From the human T2T-CHM13v2.0 reference genome, Homo sapiens, in assembly GCF_009914755.1 (NCBI RefSeq), contig NC_060947.1: a stretch of DNA of 64,000 nt, one strand, 5' to 3'. The notes under the pieces are model-generated. The model ran no database searches and was not told the DNA's origin. It worked only from the letters and a program-made list of their open reading frames with translations. Below are positions 1-17,720 of the stretch, piece after piece (within the stretch, counting starts at the first letter, position 1; each line of letters opens with the position of its first letter). A program made the translations under genes and the position numbers.

Positions 1-1815
<1,815 letters not shown>

Positions 1816-1816
1816 T

Positions 1817-4213
<2,397 letters not shown>

Positions 4214-4530
4214 TCCATTTATTTGTGTCTTGTTTTATTTCTTTTAGCAATGTTTTGTAGTTTTCAGTGTACACGTCTTTTGTAGTTTTCAGTGTACCTA
4301 AACTTTGGATAGGTTTATTCCTAAGTAATTTATTATTTTTGATGGTATTGTAAATGCAATTGTTTCCTTGATTTCCTTTTTGTATTGTTTAATGTTAATG
4401 TATGGAAATACAACTATTTTTTGTTGTGTTGATTTTGCATCCTGAGACTGCTGAATTCAGTTATTAGTTTTAACAGTTTTTCTGTGGAATTGTTAGCTTT
4501 TTTTCACATAATATAATGTCTTCTACAAAC
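4214..4530 (-). mobile_element. Older L1M ORF2 fragment
   Basis: tccatttatttgtgtc...gttttcagtgtac...tttattcctaagta...gattttgcatcctg antisense L1 motifs. Confidence 0.7.
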
Positions 4531-5507
4531 AGTAGTTATAATGATTTTGAAGCACCCAATTGTCAGGGAACTTGAGACCACTGTGATGGCTGCACTGTTT
4601 TATCTTGGTTGTTTAATTGTGATTTTTTTTTTTTGGTTGTTATATCCGGGAAAAGAAGTACACTGAGCTTTGATATCAATGAGTCAGAAGATCTAAAAGA
4701 CTGTATCGAAATAGAAATGAAGCATCATTTCTATTTACTTGTTCTAGTTACTGACATTTCTATTTACTGAAGCTTTTGCATCAATATATAGAAGTAAAAG
4801 TTGAAGATATGTATCCCTAGAAGATTACTTTATGCAGCACTCTAGAGAGATTAGCATTGGTTAGTATGAAGGGAAATGTCATCACTAGCTTAGAAAGGTA
4901 TTTCTTTAAATACTTTTTAAATTAGAATTATAACTAACCAAGAGCAATATCATCTCATATTAAAAAATATGTTTGTAGATGCCATTCTTTTTATTCCTCA
5001 AAATAATGCCACAGAGATTGCTATGGTTTATTTTGTTTCACAGTTAATTTAAAATATATATTTAAATTTGTAAGTATTTATTTAGGATTATTTTATATCT
5101 GTAGGCTTCCCTATGTATAAAATAATTAAAAATGTTTCTAGTTTGTGAATCTTCATGAAACTTACTAGGAATTTCAGAGGCACTGATTTTATCTAAGTCT
5201 TAGGAAACCATTGTAATATATCTAGAAAACAATTTACTGACTATAAAGGTAAACATGTAGAAAGAGTTTCACATTATGAGCCAACTATCAATTGAGTCTA
5301 ACAAGTACCCAACAAAGAAAACACCTGCATGAGAAGCACAGCAGAGAAAGAGGCAGCAAGTGCTAGGCTCTGGGGATTTTCTTAGAATAAAACAATCACT
5401 GGCTCCATCAAGGCAGAAATAGGATATTATTTCTTGTAGGTCCTATTGTTTTGTTGTTTAGAAATACAGAGTTATATTTATAGTTTATTTATAAATCAAT
5501 TAAAAAT

Positions 5508-5699
5508 ATCTCCACATTTCTTTTATATATATATAAGATATATATATATATATCTCCATATAAAAATATGGAGATATTTATATATATATATATAAAGTGG
5601 ATATATATTTTATTATACTTTAAGTTCTAGGGTATTCAAAATGTGCCAGTTAAGAAATGTGGAGATATGCTGCTATAAAGGCACATCTCCACATTTCTT
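5508..5699 (-). mobile_element. Tiny complex L1PA insertion with 15-bp TSD
   Basis: TSD atctccacatttctt at 5508-5522 and 5685-5699; (TA)-rich tail; L1PA 3' terminus antisense ttattatactttaagttctagggta at about 5610-5634. Confidence 0.85.
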
Positions 5700-5720
5700 A
5701 ACTGGCACATTTTGAATACC
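5631..5720. repeat. Inverted repeat, 40-bp arms (1 mismatch), 10-nt loop
   Basis: 5631-5670 is the reverse complement of 5681-5720 at 39/40 positions. Confidence 0.95.
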
Positions 5721-5861
5721 TATTGGTTTTTCAAATTTACTAAAATTGTTGCTTGTTTATTTACTGGCTTATTGATTGCTTGTAAAACATTCCTTTATTT
5801 AACCATTTAAGCTTCTAGCTTATTTTGAAAAATAAAAATAAGGTAATATTCACTCAATTAT

Positions 5862-6038
5862 AGGATTTGAATTCAAAATGACCATTTTAAACTCTGAGTC
5901 TTCCACAAACTACTTATAAGATCTTGGATAAGAGACATAACCTCACTAGTTTTGTGTTTTTATCTGAAAAGTAGAATTGCTGTGATTAGTAAATGCACAT
6001 GGCCTGGGATACAATTGCTAACTATATATTAGTGTTAT
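5862..6038 (+). mobile_element. MIR
   Basis: Degenerate MIR core: gatcttggataagagacataacctc...tttttatctgaaaagtag. Confidence 0.55.
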
Positions 6039-6869
6039 TTTATCCCATAAATACCTTAGAAATCCCAAGATAGAATAATTAAATTTGAATATAAAAAGTT
6101 CCTTATGTCTCACCTGTCCCAGTTCTTCGGTTAACTTGTGAGAAAACAGTGAATTGTTGGTGATGACAAAATTAATTAGTGGCAAAATTGAGGTTTGAAC
6201 CTACAGTTCTTAACTGATGCTCCAATTTTCATGCACATTTCTTAATTCTAGCTCTTAAAGACAACTTTTCTTAGTTAAAATAAGAAAACAAGCAGTTAAA
6301 AGCAGTTGCTGACTACTCAGGGCAATTTATATTTGTAATATTACTTTCATGAATAAATAATCCAGTAAATAAATATTATAGTAACTGTCGGATGTTAGAT
6401 ATAGAACAGGATAAAGTGGCCAGATGGTTCTTTTCAATGTAAAAATATTTTTTCTTGCCTATTTCAAGACATTTCAAAATCTGAAATAAAGCATTTTTTT
6501 TTCTTTGATTTAGGTGACAGAAAACTAGCACAGCAAAAGTGCAACTGTTGAGAGTAGGAAGAGTTGGATTAGGTTAGGGTTGAAATTACTACTGGGAAGA
6601 TTTTATATTGTAAAAAAGAGGGCCTGATATTCTATGAGGAAAGAAGATTCAAACAGAATAAAATGAAAATATTTCAGATTGTTTTGAAAAGTGATCATGT
6701 CTGTATTGTCATGACAAGAATATGTTTGCTATATTGACTACAAATTCAAAGTACTGATATATACATACATATATCACCTAGATGCATATGTATGTATATG
6801 CATATATGCCACTTTGTCTCATTTATAATAGCTTGATTGGTCCAGTATAATTCTTAAACTAGGTTTTCT

Positions 6870-6985
6870 TCACAGTACTGGGTATGTTATATACATGCTG
6901 AGGTTTTTACTTTCAGTTATGCTATGAGGTATGTACCATCTACACTTTTTCCGTAGAGGAAGTTGAGGCTCAAAGTAGTTATGCT
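6870..6985 (-). mobile_element. MIR fragment
   Basis: ctatgaggtatgtacc...tagaggaagttgaggctcaaagtagtta. Confidence 0.55.
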
Positions 6986-7319
6986 GTTAATTGAAATAAC
7001 AGAAAAATAGTTTTTTTCTATTTTTCTTTAAAAAAAAAGTTAGAAGTTTGTGAGGTTAGTGTGCATCATTTAGACCACAGAATAGTCCAGCAGGAACACT
7101 CACTCTTACAGATGGGGCTATGGATTAGAGCAGAGCTAGGACTAATATTCAGCCAGTAAGAACCAATTCAGCTAAAATGATTGTTAACATTTGGAAGTAC
7201 TTCTGTACTACTTGGTAATTTGCTGCTTCCATGAACTTCCAGGGGGAATCCCTCATCTGCCTTGTAACAACAGCCTGGCTGATACCTTGTAACCTGAAAA
7301 TTCCTATATTTCCCCACAA

Positions 7320-7578
7320 TCCATCATGGCAGGAAGCATAGCTGGCATAGCAGAAGGTTCATGTATCTTGATCAGGGCTTTGGCCATCAGGAAAGAAGTG
7401 AAGGGTGGGGGACTGACTGCCTCCTATTTTCTCATCTCACTGGCCAAACACAGTTGGAAACTAGAGAGCAAAAGAGTCTAGGATATATGGTCTGTAGAGG
7501 TTGGCCTCCTCAGGCATAGAACCAGATAGGAAAGAGGTGAAAATGGATCTAGTGGGGCAATCAAAGTATAACCAGCAA
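7320..7578 (-). mobile_element. LTR33-like ERVL LTR fragment
   Basis: tggccaaac...agaggttggcctcctcaggcatagaaccag...atggatctagtggggcaa...ccagca resembles the antisense LTR33 5' end. Confidence 0.65.
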
Positions 7579-8422
7579 ACCAGTAGAATGAAAGATCACT
7601 GCAGAAATTAACATGACCTTTAAAGCAATAAATAAATCTGTAATTCTGGCACAGCTGTGTTTATGTCCTGATGTTCATATCTGCTAGAAGAACCCTAAAT
7701 TAAGAGAAGGAAGGCAGAAGCTTTTGGTTTGGACTCTTTCAAACGCTATTAGGTTATGCTGCTGTCACCTTTTCTGATCTGGGGATTTCTGTCATAATTC
7801 TCTGGAGTCTGTGTAGATGCAAGGCCCTGAATTTGCCTAACCCTCCCCAAATCTTGACAAATTTCAACTCTTTCCTCGCATTTACTAAGAGTCACATTGT
7901 TAAAGTAGGACTATCTGCTTGAGAGATTAATTTATTATAATAGTCCTTGGAGTTAGACTATAGGGTAATTGGCTTTTCAGAACTCTGGAATGATGAAGCA
8001 TAGGTAATTTTTAGAATTGTTTAGGAAAACCTTACTCTCTCTTTCTGGGTATAATAATGTGAGCTTTCTCTTGTTCAGTTCTTTTCAGGAACCAAAAATG
8101 TCTAGTATTCTTAAACCTCTTTTGAACAGAACATATTGATTGCTATGTTAAGAATTCTAGGAGAATGATATAAACCTTGTTATAAAAGAGCAGTATTATA
8201 AAAGCCTAAGTACAAAAGTGCAGGAATATGAATGTTCTTTCAACTCTGATGGGAATTTACTTGCATGAGAGTGTCTCAGGAAGTTGCAAATCATGGAGGA
8301 AGCCAGAATTCAGTGAAAATCCATGCAATATGTGATACCGTTTCATGAGCTCTGTTTTGTCACATATTTCCATTACATTCTATACAGCTGGTTATTCAAT
8401 ATGGAAATTATGCTATCTCTAT

Positions 8423-8731
8423 ATATTAGTTTGTTAAGGATGCCATAACAAAAAACCACAGACTGAATGGCTTTAACGACAGGAATTTATTTTCTCACAG
8501 TTACGGAGAGCAGAAGCTCAAGATCAAGGTATTATCTAGTCTGCTTTCTCCCGAGGGCTCTCTCCTTGCATTGCAGATTGTTGCATTCTTCGGTGTTCTC
8601 ACATGGTCATACCTTTCTTCTTCTTATAAGAACACAACGTATTGGATTATTGGCCACCCTAATGACCCAATTTAATGTAATTTCTTCTTTAAGTTTCTAT
8701 CTCTAAATGCAGTCACATTCTGAGCTACTGG
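8423..8731 (-). mobile_element. MLT1A/B-type MaLR LTR, truncated at the adjacent L1
   Basis: tattagtttgttaaggatgccataacaaaaaaccacagactg...aatttattttctcacag...gcagtcacattctgag. Confidence 0.85.
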
Positions 8732-8735
8732 TGAT

Positions 8736-10789
8736 AATATGAAGTATAAAAACCATGTGATAATTTCAATTGATGCTGAAAAAGCATTTAGTAAAATTCA
8801 ACATCCCCGCATGATAAAACCCTCAAAAAACTGGGTGTAGAAGGAACATACCTCAACTCAGTAAAAGCCAAATATGAGAGACCCACAGCTAGTATCATAC
8901 TGAATGTGGATAAAATGAAAGCCTTGCCCGTAAGATCTGGAACATGACAAGGATGCCCATTTCTGCCACTGTTATCCAACGTAGTAGTGGACGTACTATC
9001 TAGAGCCATCAGTTAAGAGAAAGAAATAAAGGGCATCCAAAATGGAAAGAAATTAGTCAAATTATTTTTATTGCAGATGATATAACCTTAGAAAAAATCT
9101 AAAGACTGCACCAAAAAACTATTAGAACTGATTAACAAATAAAGTTGCAGGATACAAAATCAACAACAAAAATCAGTTGCATTTCTATATACGAAGAGTG
9201 AACAATCTGAAAAATAATCAAGAAAGTAATCCCATTTATGATAGCTACTAATGAAATAAAATACCTAGACATTAACCAAAGAAGTGAAAGATATTTACAG
9301 TAAAAACTGTAAAACAATAATGGAAGAAATTGAAGAAGACACAAAAATTAGAAGACATTCCATGTTCATGGATTAGGAGAATCAATATTGTTAAAAAATT
9401 CATACTACCTAAAGCAATCTACAGATTCAATGCAGTCCCTATCAAAATACCAAAGACACTCTTCAAATAATTAGAAAAAAAATTCTAAAATTTATATGGA
9501 ACCACAAAAGACCCAGAATAGCTAAAGCTGATGTAAGCAACAAGAACAAAACTGGAGGAATCACATTACCTGACTTCAAATTATGCTACAGAGCTGTAGT
9601 AACCAAAACAGCATGGTACAGGCATAAAACCAGACACATAGCACAGTGGAACAGAATAGAGATTCCAGAACAAAACCCATATAACTACAATAAAGTCATT
9701 TTTGGCAAAGGAGCCAAAAACACACACTGGGGAAAGGATAGTCTGTTCAATAAATGGAGCTGGGAAAACTTGATACTCATATGCAGAAGAATGAAACCGG
9801 GCCTCTATCTTTCACCATACACGAAAATGAAATAAAAATTTACTGAAGACTTAAATCTAAGACCTTCAACTATGAACTACTAAAAAAAACATTGGGGAAA
9901 CTCACTGGGACATTTGACTGAGCAAATATTTCTTTAGTAATACCCAGCAAGCACAGGCAACCAAACAAAAATGGACAAATGGGATGACATCAAGTTAAAA
10001 AGCTTCTGTACAGCAAAGGAAACAATCAAAAAAGTGAAGACACAACCCACAGAATGGGAGAAAATATTTTCAAACTATTCCTCTGACAAGGATCTGAATA
10101 GACATTTCTCAAAGAAAACTTGCAAATAGCCAAAAGGAATATGAAAAGGTGCTCAATATCACTGATCATTAGAGCAATGCAAATCTAAACTACAGTAAGA
10201 TATCATCTCACCCCAATTAAAATGGCTTTTATTCCAAAAGACAGGCAATAACAAATGCTGACAAAGATGTGGAGAAAAGGGAACCATTGTACACCGTTGG
10301 TGGGAATGTAAATTAGTACAACCACTTTGGAGAACAATTTGGAGGTTCCTCAAAAAAAGTAAAAATTGAGCTACCGTATAATCCATAAATCCCACTGCTA
10401 GGTGAATACCCTAAATAAAAGAAATTAGCATATTGAAGAGATATCTGCACTCCCGTGTTTATTGCAGCACTATTCACAATAGCCAAGATTTGGAAGCAAC
10501 CTAAGTGTCCATCCACAGATGAATGGATAAATAAACATGGTACATATACACAGTGGAGTACTATTCAGCCATAAAAAATGAGATTCTGTCATTTGCAACC
10601 ATGTGGATGAAACTGGAGATCATTATGTTAAGTGAAATAAGCCAGGCATAGAAAGACAAACTTCACATGTTCTCACTTATTTGCAGGATCTGAAAGTTAA
10701 AACAATTGAACAAATGGAAAGAGAGAGTAGAACAATGGCTATCCTAGAAGCCAAGAAGTGTTCTAGGGGAGAAGTAAGGATGGTTAATG
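8736..10789 (+). mobile_element. L1MA2-like ORF2 3' half and proximal 3' UTR; terminal ~260 bp missing
   Basis: Sense ORF2 motifs (aattgatgctgaaaaagcatt, ttgcagatgatataacc, cctgacttcaaattat); L1MA-type 3' UTR aaaacaattgaac...gagagtagaa...ggatggttaatg. Confidence 0.9.
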
Positions 10790-13700
10790 TGTTTTATTTA
10801 TTTGGATCTCCCCTCTTTTTTTCTTAGTCTGGCTAATGGTTTGTCAATTTTGTTTAACTTTTTAAAAAACCTAATCTTGTTTTATTGATGTTTTGTATTT
10901 TGTATTTTCATTTTAATTTCATTTATTTCTGGTCTGATTTTTATTATTTCTTTTCTTCTACTAATATTGGGTTCGGTTTGCTCTTGCTTTTCTAGTTCTA
11001 GAAAAATGCATCATTAGGTTGTTTATTTGAAGTTTTTCATCTTTTTTGATATAGGCACTTAATAGCTATAAACTTCCCGCTTAGTATTGCTTTCACTGTT
11101 TTCCATAGGTTTGGATATGTTGTGTTTTCATTCTCATTTGTTGGAAGAAATTTTTCAATTTCCATCTTAACTTCTTCATTGACCCACTGGTCATTGAGGG
11201 GCATGTCATTTAATTTCCATGTATTTGTATAGTTTCCAAAATTCCTCTTGTAATTAATTTCTAGTTTTATTCGTTTGTGGTCAGGGAAGATGCTTCATAT
11301 GATTTCAGTTTTTTGAATGTGTTAGGACTTGTTTTGTGACCTAACATATGATCTGTCTTTGAGAATGATCCATATACTCAAAAAAACAATGTGTATTTTG
11401 TAGCTTTTGGGTGAAATGTTCTGTAAATATCTATGAGATCCATTTCGTCTATACTTCAGATTATGTCTGATGTTTCTTTGTTGATTCTCTGTCTGGAAGA
11501 TCTATCCAATCCTGTAAGTGGGGTGTTTAAGTCTCTGGCTGTCCTTGTATTGGGGACTATCTCTCTTTACCTCTAATAATATTTTCTTTATATATCTGGG
11601 TGCTCCAGTGTTAGGTTCACATATATTTGAAATTGTTATATTTTCTGGTTGAATTGGCCTCTTTATCATTATATAGTGACCTCCTTTTACTCTTTTAATA
11701 GTTTTTATCTTGAAATCTATTTTCTCTGATGTAAGTATAGTGACTCCTGCTCTTTTTTGTTTTTTTTTTTTGGCATAGTATATCTCTTTCTATCCCTCTA
11801 TTTTCAGTCTATGTGTATCTTTATAGGTGAAGTGCATTTCTTGTTGGCAAGATATCAATGGGTCTTGTTTTTTATATCCATTCAGCCAGTCTATGTCTTT
11901 TGATTGGAGAGTTTAGTCCCTTTACATGCTATGTTATTATTGAAAAGTAAAGACTTACTCCTGCCATTTCGTTATTTATGTTCTGGTCGTCTCTTTTTTA
12001 TTTCCTTCCTTTCTTCCTCTAGTGAAGATCATTTTCTCTGGTAATATTATTTAGTTCCTTGCTTTTTATTTTCTGTGTAGCCATTGTGTATTTTTTGGTT
12101 TGAAGTTACCATGAGGCTTGCAAATACTATTTTATATCCCATTATTTTACCCTGATAACAATTTAACACTATTTGTATAAACAAGCAAACAAACAAAACA
12201 AAACAAAAACAAATAAAAGCTCTATACCTTAACTTAATCTCCCTGCTTTTTAACTTTTTGTTGTTTCTATTTATATCTTGTGGTATTGGCTATGTCTTGA
12301 AAAGCTGTTGTATCTATTATTTTTGTTTGGTTCACTGTTTAGTCTTTCTACTTAGGATAAGAGTAGTTTACATAGCATAATTACGGTGTTACAATATTCT
12401 GTTTTTCTGTGTACTGACTATTACCAGTGAGTTTTGTACCTTCAGGTGATTATTTATTGCTCATTAATATCCTTTTCTTTCTGATTGAAGTACTCCCTTT
12501 AGAACGTCCTGTAGAATGGATCTGGCATTGATGGAATCCCTCAGCTTTTGCTTGTTTGGGAAAGTGTTTTTTTCTCCTTCATGTTTGAAGGATAATTTTT
12601 TCCAGATAATACTTTTCTATGGTAACAGGTTTTTTTTGGGGGGGAGGGTTGTGTTTTTTTTTCATTCAGCATTTTAAATATGCCATGTTACTCTCTCCTG
12701 GTCTGTAAGGTTTCCACTGAAAAGTCTGCTGCTAGACCTATTGGAGCTCCATTGTATTTTATTTGATTCTGTTCTCTTGCTGTTTTCAGGAAACTTGCTT
12801 TATTCTTGACCTTTGGGAGTTTGATTATTAAATGCCTTGAGGTAGTCTACTTTGAGTTAAATCTGCTAGGTGTACTATAACCTTTTTATACTTGAAAATT
12901 CATACCTTTCTCTAGGTTTAGGAAGTTTAGGAAGTTCTCTGTCATTATCCATTTCAATAAACTTTCTACCCCTAACTCTTTCTCTACCTCCTCTTTAAGG
13001 CTAATAACTCTTAGATTTGCCCATTTGAAGCTATTTTCTATTTTCTGTAGTTGTTCTTTCTTCTGCTTGCTCCATTCTGTTATAAGGGACTCTGATACAT
13101 TCTTCAGTATGTCAATTGCATTTTCAAGCTCCAGAATTTCTGTTTGATTGTTTATAATTATTTCAATGTCTTTGTTAAATTTATCTGATAGAGTTCTGAA
13201 TTCCTTCTTTGGGTTATCTTGAATTTTTGTGCATTTCCTCAGCACAGCTATTAATATTTTAAATTCTTTGTCTGAAAGGTCACACATCTCTGTTTCTTCA
13301 GGAATGGTCCCTTGTGACTTATTTAGTTCATTTGGTGAGGTCATATTTTTGTCGATGTTGTTGATGCTAGTAGATGTTCTTCGGTGTCTGGGCATCAAAG
13401 AGCTAGATATTTATTGTAGTCTTTGTAGTCTTCACTGTCTCAACTTATTTGCAGCCATCCTTCTTGGGAAGGCTTTTCAGATATTTGAAAGGACTTAGGT
13501 GTTGTGATCTAAGATGTTTTTACTTTAGGAGTCATCCCAAGCTCAATAATGCTGTGGTTCTTGCAGACTTGTAGAGGTACCGCCCTGATGGTTTTGAACA
13601 AGATCTTGGAGAATTCTCTGGATTACCAGGCAGAAACCCTTGTTCTCGTCCCTTACTTTCTCCCAAACATACAGTATCTCCCCCTGTTCCGAGCCACCTA

Positions 13701-15285
13701 AATCTGGGTGTGGATTGACCCAAGTACCCCTGTGGTGACCACCACTATGATTGTGCTGGGTCAGACCTGGAGCCAGCACAGCACTGGGTCTTGCCCAAGG
13801 CCTTCTATAACTACTCCCTGGCTACTGCCTATGGTCTCTCAAGATCCTGGGGCTCTATAATCATCAGATGGCAAAGCCAGCCAGACCTGTGTTCTTCACT
13901 TCAGGGCGGCAAGTTACCCCTAGCCTCGGGTGGGTCCAGAAGTGCCATCTGAGCATCAGGGACAAGAGCCAAAAAACTTAGAAGTCTACTCGGTATTCTA
14001 TTTTATTGTGGCCGAACTGGCACTCAAATCACAAGACACTTTCCTTCCCACTGTTTCCTTCCCTTTCCAAAGACAGAGGCACCTCATGCCATCCCCACTG
14101 CCACCCCTGGCCAGGAGGAGTAATGCCAGACTACTACCAATTACCCTTAAGGCTTAAAGTCTCTTAAGTCAGCTTGTGGTGAATGTTGCCTGGCCTGCGA
14201 TTCACCCTTCAGGGTAGTGGGCTTTTCTCTGGCCCAGAGCATGTCCAGAAATGCTATCCAAGAGTCAAGTCTTGGAATCGGGGATCCCAAGAGCCTGATT
14301 GTTGCTCTAACCCTTGTGGCAATATTGGTACCTGATGCCAGCAAGTTTCAGAGGCTCTCCAAAGCCCTCAATTTAGTACCTGAGTATCATTGCTGGTTAT
14401 TCAGGGCCTGAGAGCACTTCATTTAGCTGATGATGAATTCTGGCAGGACTGGGTCCTTTCCTTCAAGGCAGGGTATGTCTAGAAATGTCATCTGGGAGCT
14501 AGGGCTCAGTATGGGAGCCTCATAACTCTGACCAGTGCCCTATCCTGCTGTGGCCTAGCTAGTATCCAAGATGCAATACATAGCCCCCACACTTCCTTCT
14601 CCTCTTCTTAAGTGGAAGGAAGAGGTCTCTTTTGGAGCCTGTAGCTTTTCAGCCTGGGGTTAGGGGAGGGGTGATGCTAGCATTTCCTTGGCTACCTCAG
14701 CTGGTGTCTAAGTATGTCCTGTGCCTCCGAGTCCACTGTTTTTGGGCCTAGTTCAGCCCTAGGACTCTCCTAAGAGTTGCAGTCATAATGGTCTAGAATG
14801 CCTTTCGAGTTTGCATAGAAACACAGAGCACTTTGGCCCTTGGTGGCAAAGTTTTTGGGCACTCATGTTGGGATACTTGGGACTGGCAATTCTCCTCCGG
14901 CTAGCGCTGGCTTAAATGTTCCCTTTGTAGGCAGGCTTCAGCTGAGTTTGGTCTGGTTTTCCTTTCTGCTCTAACAGAACAGCACTGAGTTTAATGCCTC
15001 ACAATTGCCGTGTTCACCCTTCCCCAGGTCCAAGATGCTCTCAGCACCATGCCACAGCTGCCAGGATGGGGAAGGGTTAGTGTTAAAGATTCAGGACTTT
15101 TTTCTATAGCTTCAGCGTCTCTCTCAGCAATATGAAGTTACAAGAAGGTACAATGAGTGCTTACCTGATTTTTGGTTCCTCTGAAGCTGTTTTTCCTGTG
15201 TAGATTGTTGTTAACTTGGTGTCCTTGTGTGGGGAGGGGGAATGATCATTGGAGCTTTCTATTCTGCATTTTGCTCCGTCTCCCC
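10790..15285 (-). mobile_element. L1M/L1MA 5' half: 5' UTR, ORF1 and ORF2 N-terminus
   Basis: Reverse complement starts GGGGAGACGGAGCAAAATG (L1 5' end); GC-richer 5' UTR about 13500-15285; ORF1 remnant; antisense ORF2 endonuclease motifs. Confidence 0.9.
12886..13398 (-). pseudogene. Degenerate L1 ORF1p remnant (170 aa open stretch)
   Basis: DLSDKEFKILI...NQTEILELEN...NLRVISLKEE...IMTENF typical of L1 ORF1p coiled-coil/RRM start. Confidence 0.85.
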
Positions 15286-16086
15286 TTGCAATAAATTATT
15301 ATGGAAAAGGCAGTGCTATTAATTATTCATTAAATGTTAGTAACATTTATCAATGCTTATTTCCTTTAAAGTGGATAGAAAATTAGATATTTTATATTGA
15401 AAAATATCAACTGAAATATTTTTTTCTCCAGATTCCCAACTCTAGACTGAAACAGATTTTTACCTTTAAAAATTTCTATTTATTGACATTAACGTAGATG
15501 AGAAGAATGCATTTGCATCTTTATAAGACATCCAGTCTCTAAAGTAAAGATGAGCTCTGTGACACTATAAGACTATAATTGCGTAAGATGGTGCCATTTA
15601 ATTTAAAATGGAAATATGCTGAACAGCTTATATCATATGTCTTGTTGACTAGTCTTTATGACAAAAGAATAATGGCTTCCAGGTTATAGATTGTCCTTAG
15701 GACTTTAGTCTGTTGAGTTAGAAAGGCAGAGAAAAGGTGAAAGGAAATTACCACCTATCACAAATCAACTTGAACAACATACAATTGCTCCTTAGTCTTT
15801 TGATCCATAGCTAGACATGCTTCTACTGATCCATAATACTTTCTGACTGATGACAAATATGTCCAGGTACTGATAAATCTATTTCTACTTTGAAGTTTCT
15901 TGTTTATATATTAACGTAATCCTTAAGTATTTTTAAACACTTTTTTCTTTTTTGGAAGAGTAGGTGTATGAGGGGCATAATAACCAGAAGTCAGTATCAG
16001 CCATCTGTTATACAGTAATAATTTTAATTTTAATGTATTCAGTGATGCCTAGCTTAATGGTTTTTAAATTTAGTTGTCTGTTTCAG

Positions 16087-16171
16087 GAAGAAGCTTTATT
16101 ACTATCAGAGATATATCATCATGAGGAAAAAAATGGAGAAGGCGATACTTTGCTTGAGAATGCCTTCACAG
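16087..16171 (+). other. Candidate internal exon (85 nt, GC donor)
   Basis: Acceptor ttgtctgtttcag| and donor CAG|GCAAGT in non-repeat DNA; no transcript evidence available. Confidence 0.25.
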
Positions 16172-17081
16172 GCAAGTGATGTGTAACAATATCTACTGCA
16201 CACCACTAAAGACCAACTTAAGACCATTAAAGCCAGGAGACGAAGTCAATACTGACATAAGAGCTTGTGGCCAATTACATGGTGACTCCAGATTTCCTTT
16301 GTTTTGGTTCTGCCAAATGTGTTAAAAAGTGAGTAATGCTCAAAGCACAGACATGACATGGTGTACATTATGTGCTATTAGTCAAAGACAATTAATACAA
16401 TAAATTGCCTAGCTTTCAGAAGGTTCCATGGACAGTTATTAAAATGCTGAGACTGAACAATAATTTTACAAGCATTTTATTATTAGTAGTCATAATGACC
16501 AAAGCAAAAATCAGAATAATATAGTTTCGAGTAGATGTAAATAAAATTGGGTAATTTAGGTGATGCTACGCTATGGTAAGCCTTAAAAATTGGATGGAGA
16601 AATCTAGAAATGATGCAGCAAACAAAAGGAAGATATTTAATTTGTTAGGATGAAAGCATTATATTAAGATTAATCAAAGATAATTTTATCTTTAGTTACT
16701 AATAATTAAATAAGTTACTGAAATTACATAATGGATTAAGAACATTTTGTATTGTCAACTAGGTTTACTTAAAGATTAGAAGCAACCATCTAGTCACAAC
16801 ACAATGATCAGTGGTTGACAGACTGTAGAGCTAAATTAGCATTCAAATAATAGCTTCGAGCACAAGAAAATTAAAAAGTAATAAATCATTCGAAAGGGGC
16901 AGATCATCAAAATACAAAATAATAGAATATAAATTGTCCTTAAAATTATCTAGCTTCTCATCTAGTTTCTACCACCATATGAGATAGTTTTTCTCAATTC
17001 TTTGGGTCCCATGGTCCCACTATGAAAAATAAAAGAATTAGACATCATTATTTCTAAAGTTTTACCTTGTGACTTTATTAG

Positions 17082-17720
17082 CGTATTTCATCAGTCCTAA
17101 GAGGCACACCTTTCACATTTTAACTTCTCTGAAACCAGGATGTGTCTATCTTAAAATTGCCATTGTCTAGATAGCAGTTATATTGTACTTGTCATTGCCT
17201 GCCCATGTGCTCTCTTGGTCATAGCTTTAAATATAATTTCAGTTGAGTTATGTTACTAAACATGTTGAGTTTTATTGATTTACAATACTATAAGCAACTA
17301 CAGTATCATTTGACTTGAAATAAAGAATTATTTGTGCATGAAAATACAGCAGTAAGAGATAAATTTGATGCTATCAAAGCAAATATTTATCATTGGAAGA
17401 GTGAACATGATTTCATAATTTTCTGCAAAGAAATGAAAAAATTCTTTACAGGACCTTAAATAGATTCCCATTGCAAATTACTGTTTTAGGTTTTTTTATA
17501 TCCTTTTGAAATTGCCTAATGTACTCCAAGCAATGTCGCTTTAGGCAGGAGAAATTTCCAAATCACTTGGAAATAGAAGAAATTTCCAGTAGCTTGAAAG
17601 TAGAAGAGAAAAAGTCAAAACAAAAAGAGCCTGGTGTGATCAAACCATGTGCCATGCAGGACTTCCATTAAAGCAATACATCCTAATTTAATTTGCAACA
17701 TTTTTTTTTCTTAATTGTTT
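17082..17720 (+). mobile_element. Kanga1/MER104-type TcMar-Tc2 DNA transposon fragment
   Basis: cgtatttcatcagtcctaagaggcacacctttcacattttaacttctctgaaaccaggatg resembles the Kanga1/MER104 5' end; degenerate pogo-like transposase piece gcaggagaaatttccaaatcacttgga...tggtgtgatcaa. Confidence 0.75.

Noticed and set aside
6514-6572. Possible 59-nt exon (tttag|...TAG|gttagg)
   Set aside because: Weak donor; such matches are frequent in T-rich DNA.
12886-13398. Longest ORF (170 aa) as a gene
   Set aside because: Degenerate L1 ORF1 with deletions and a premature end.
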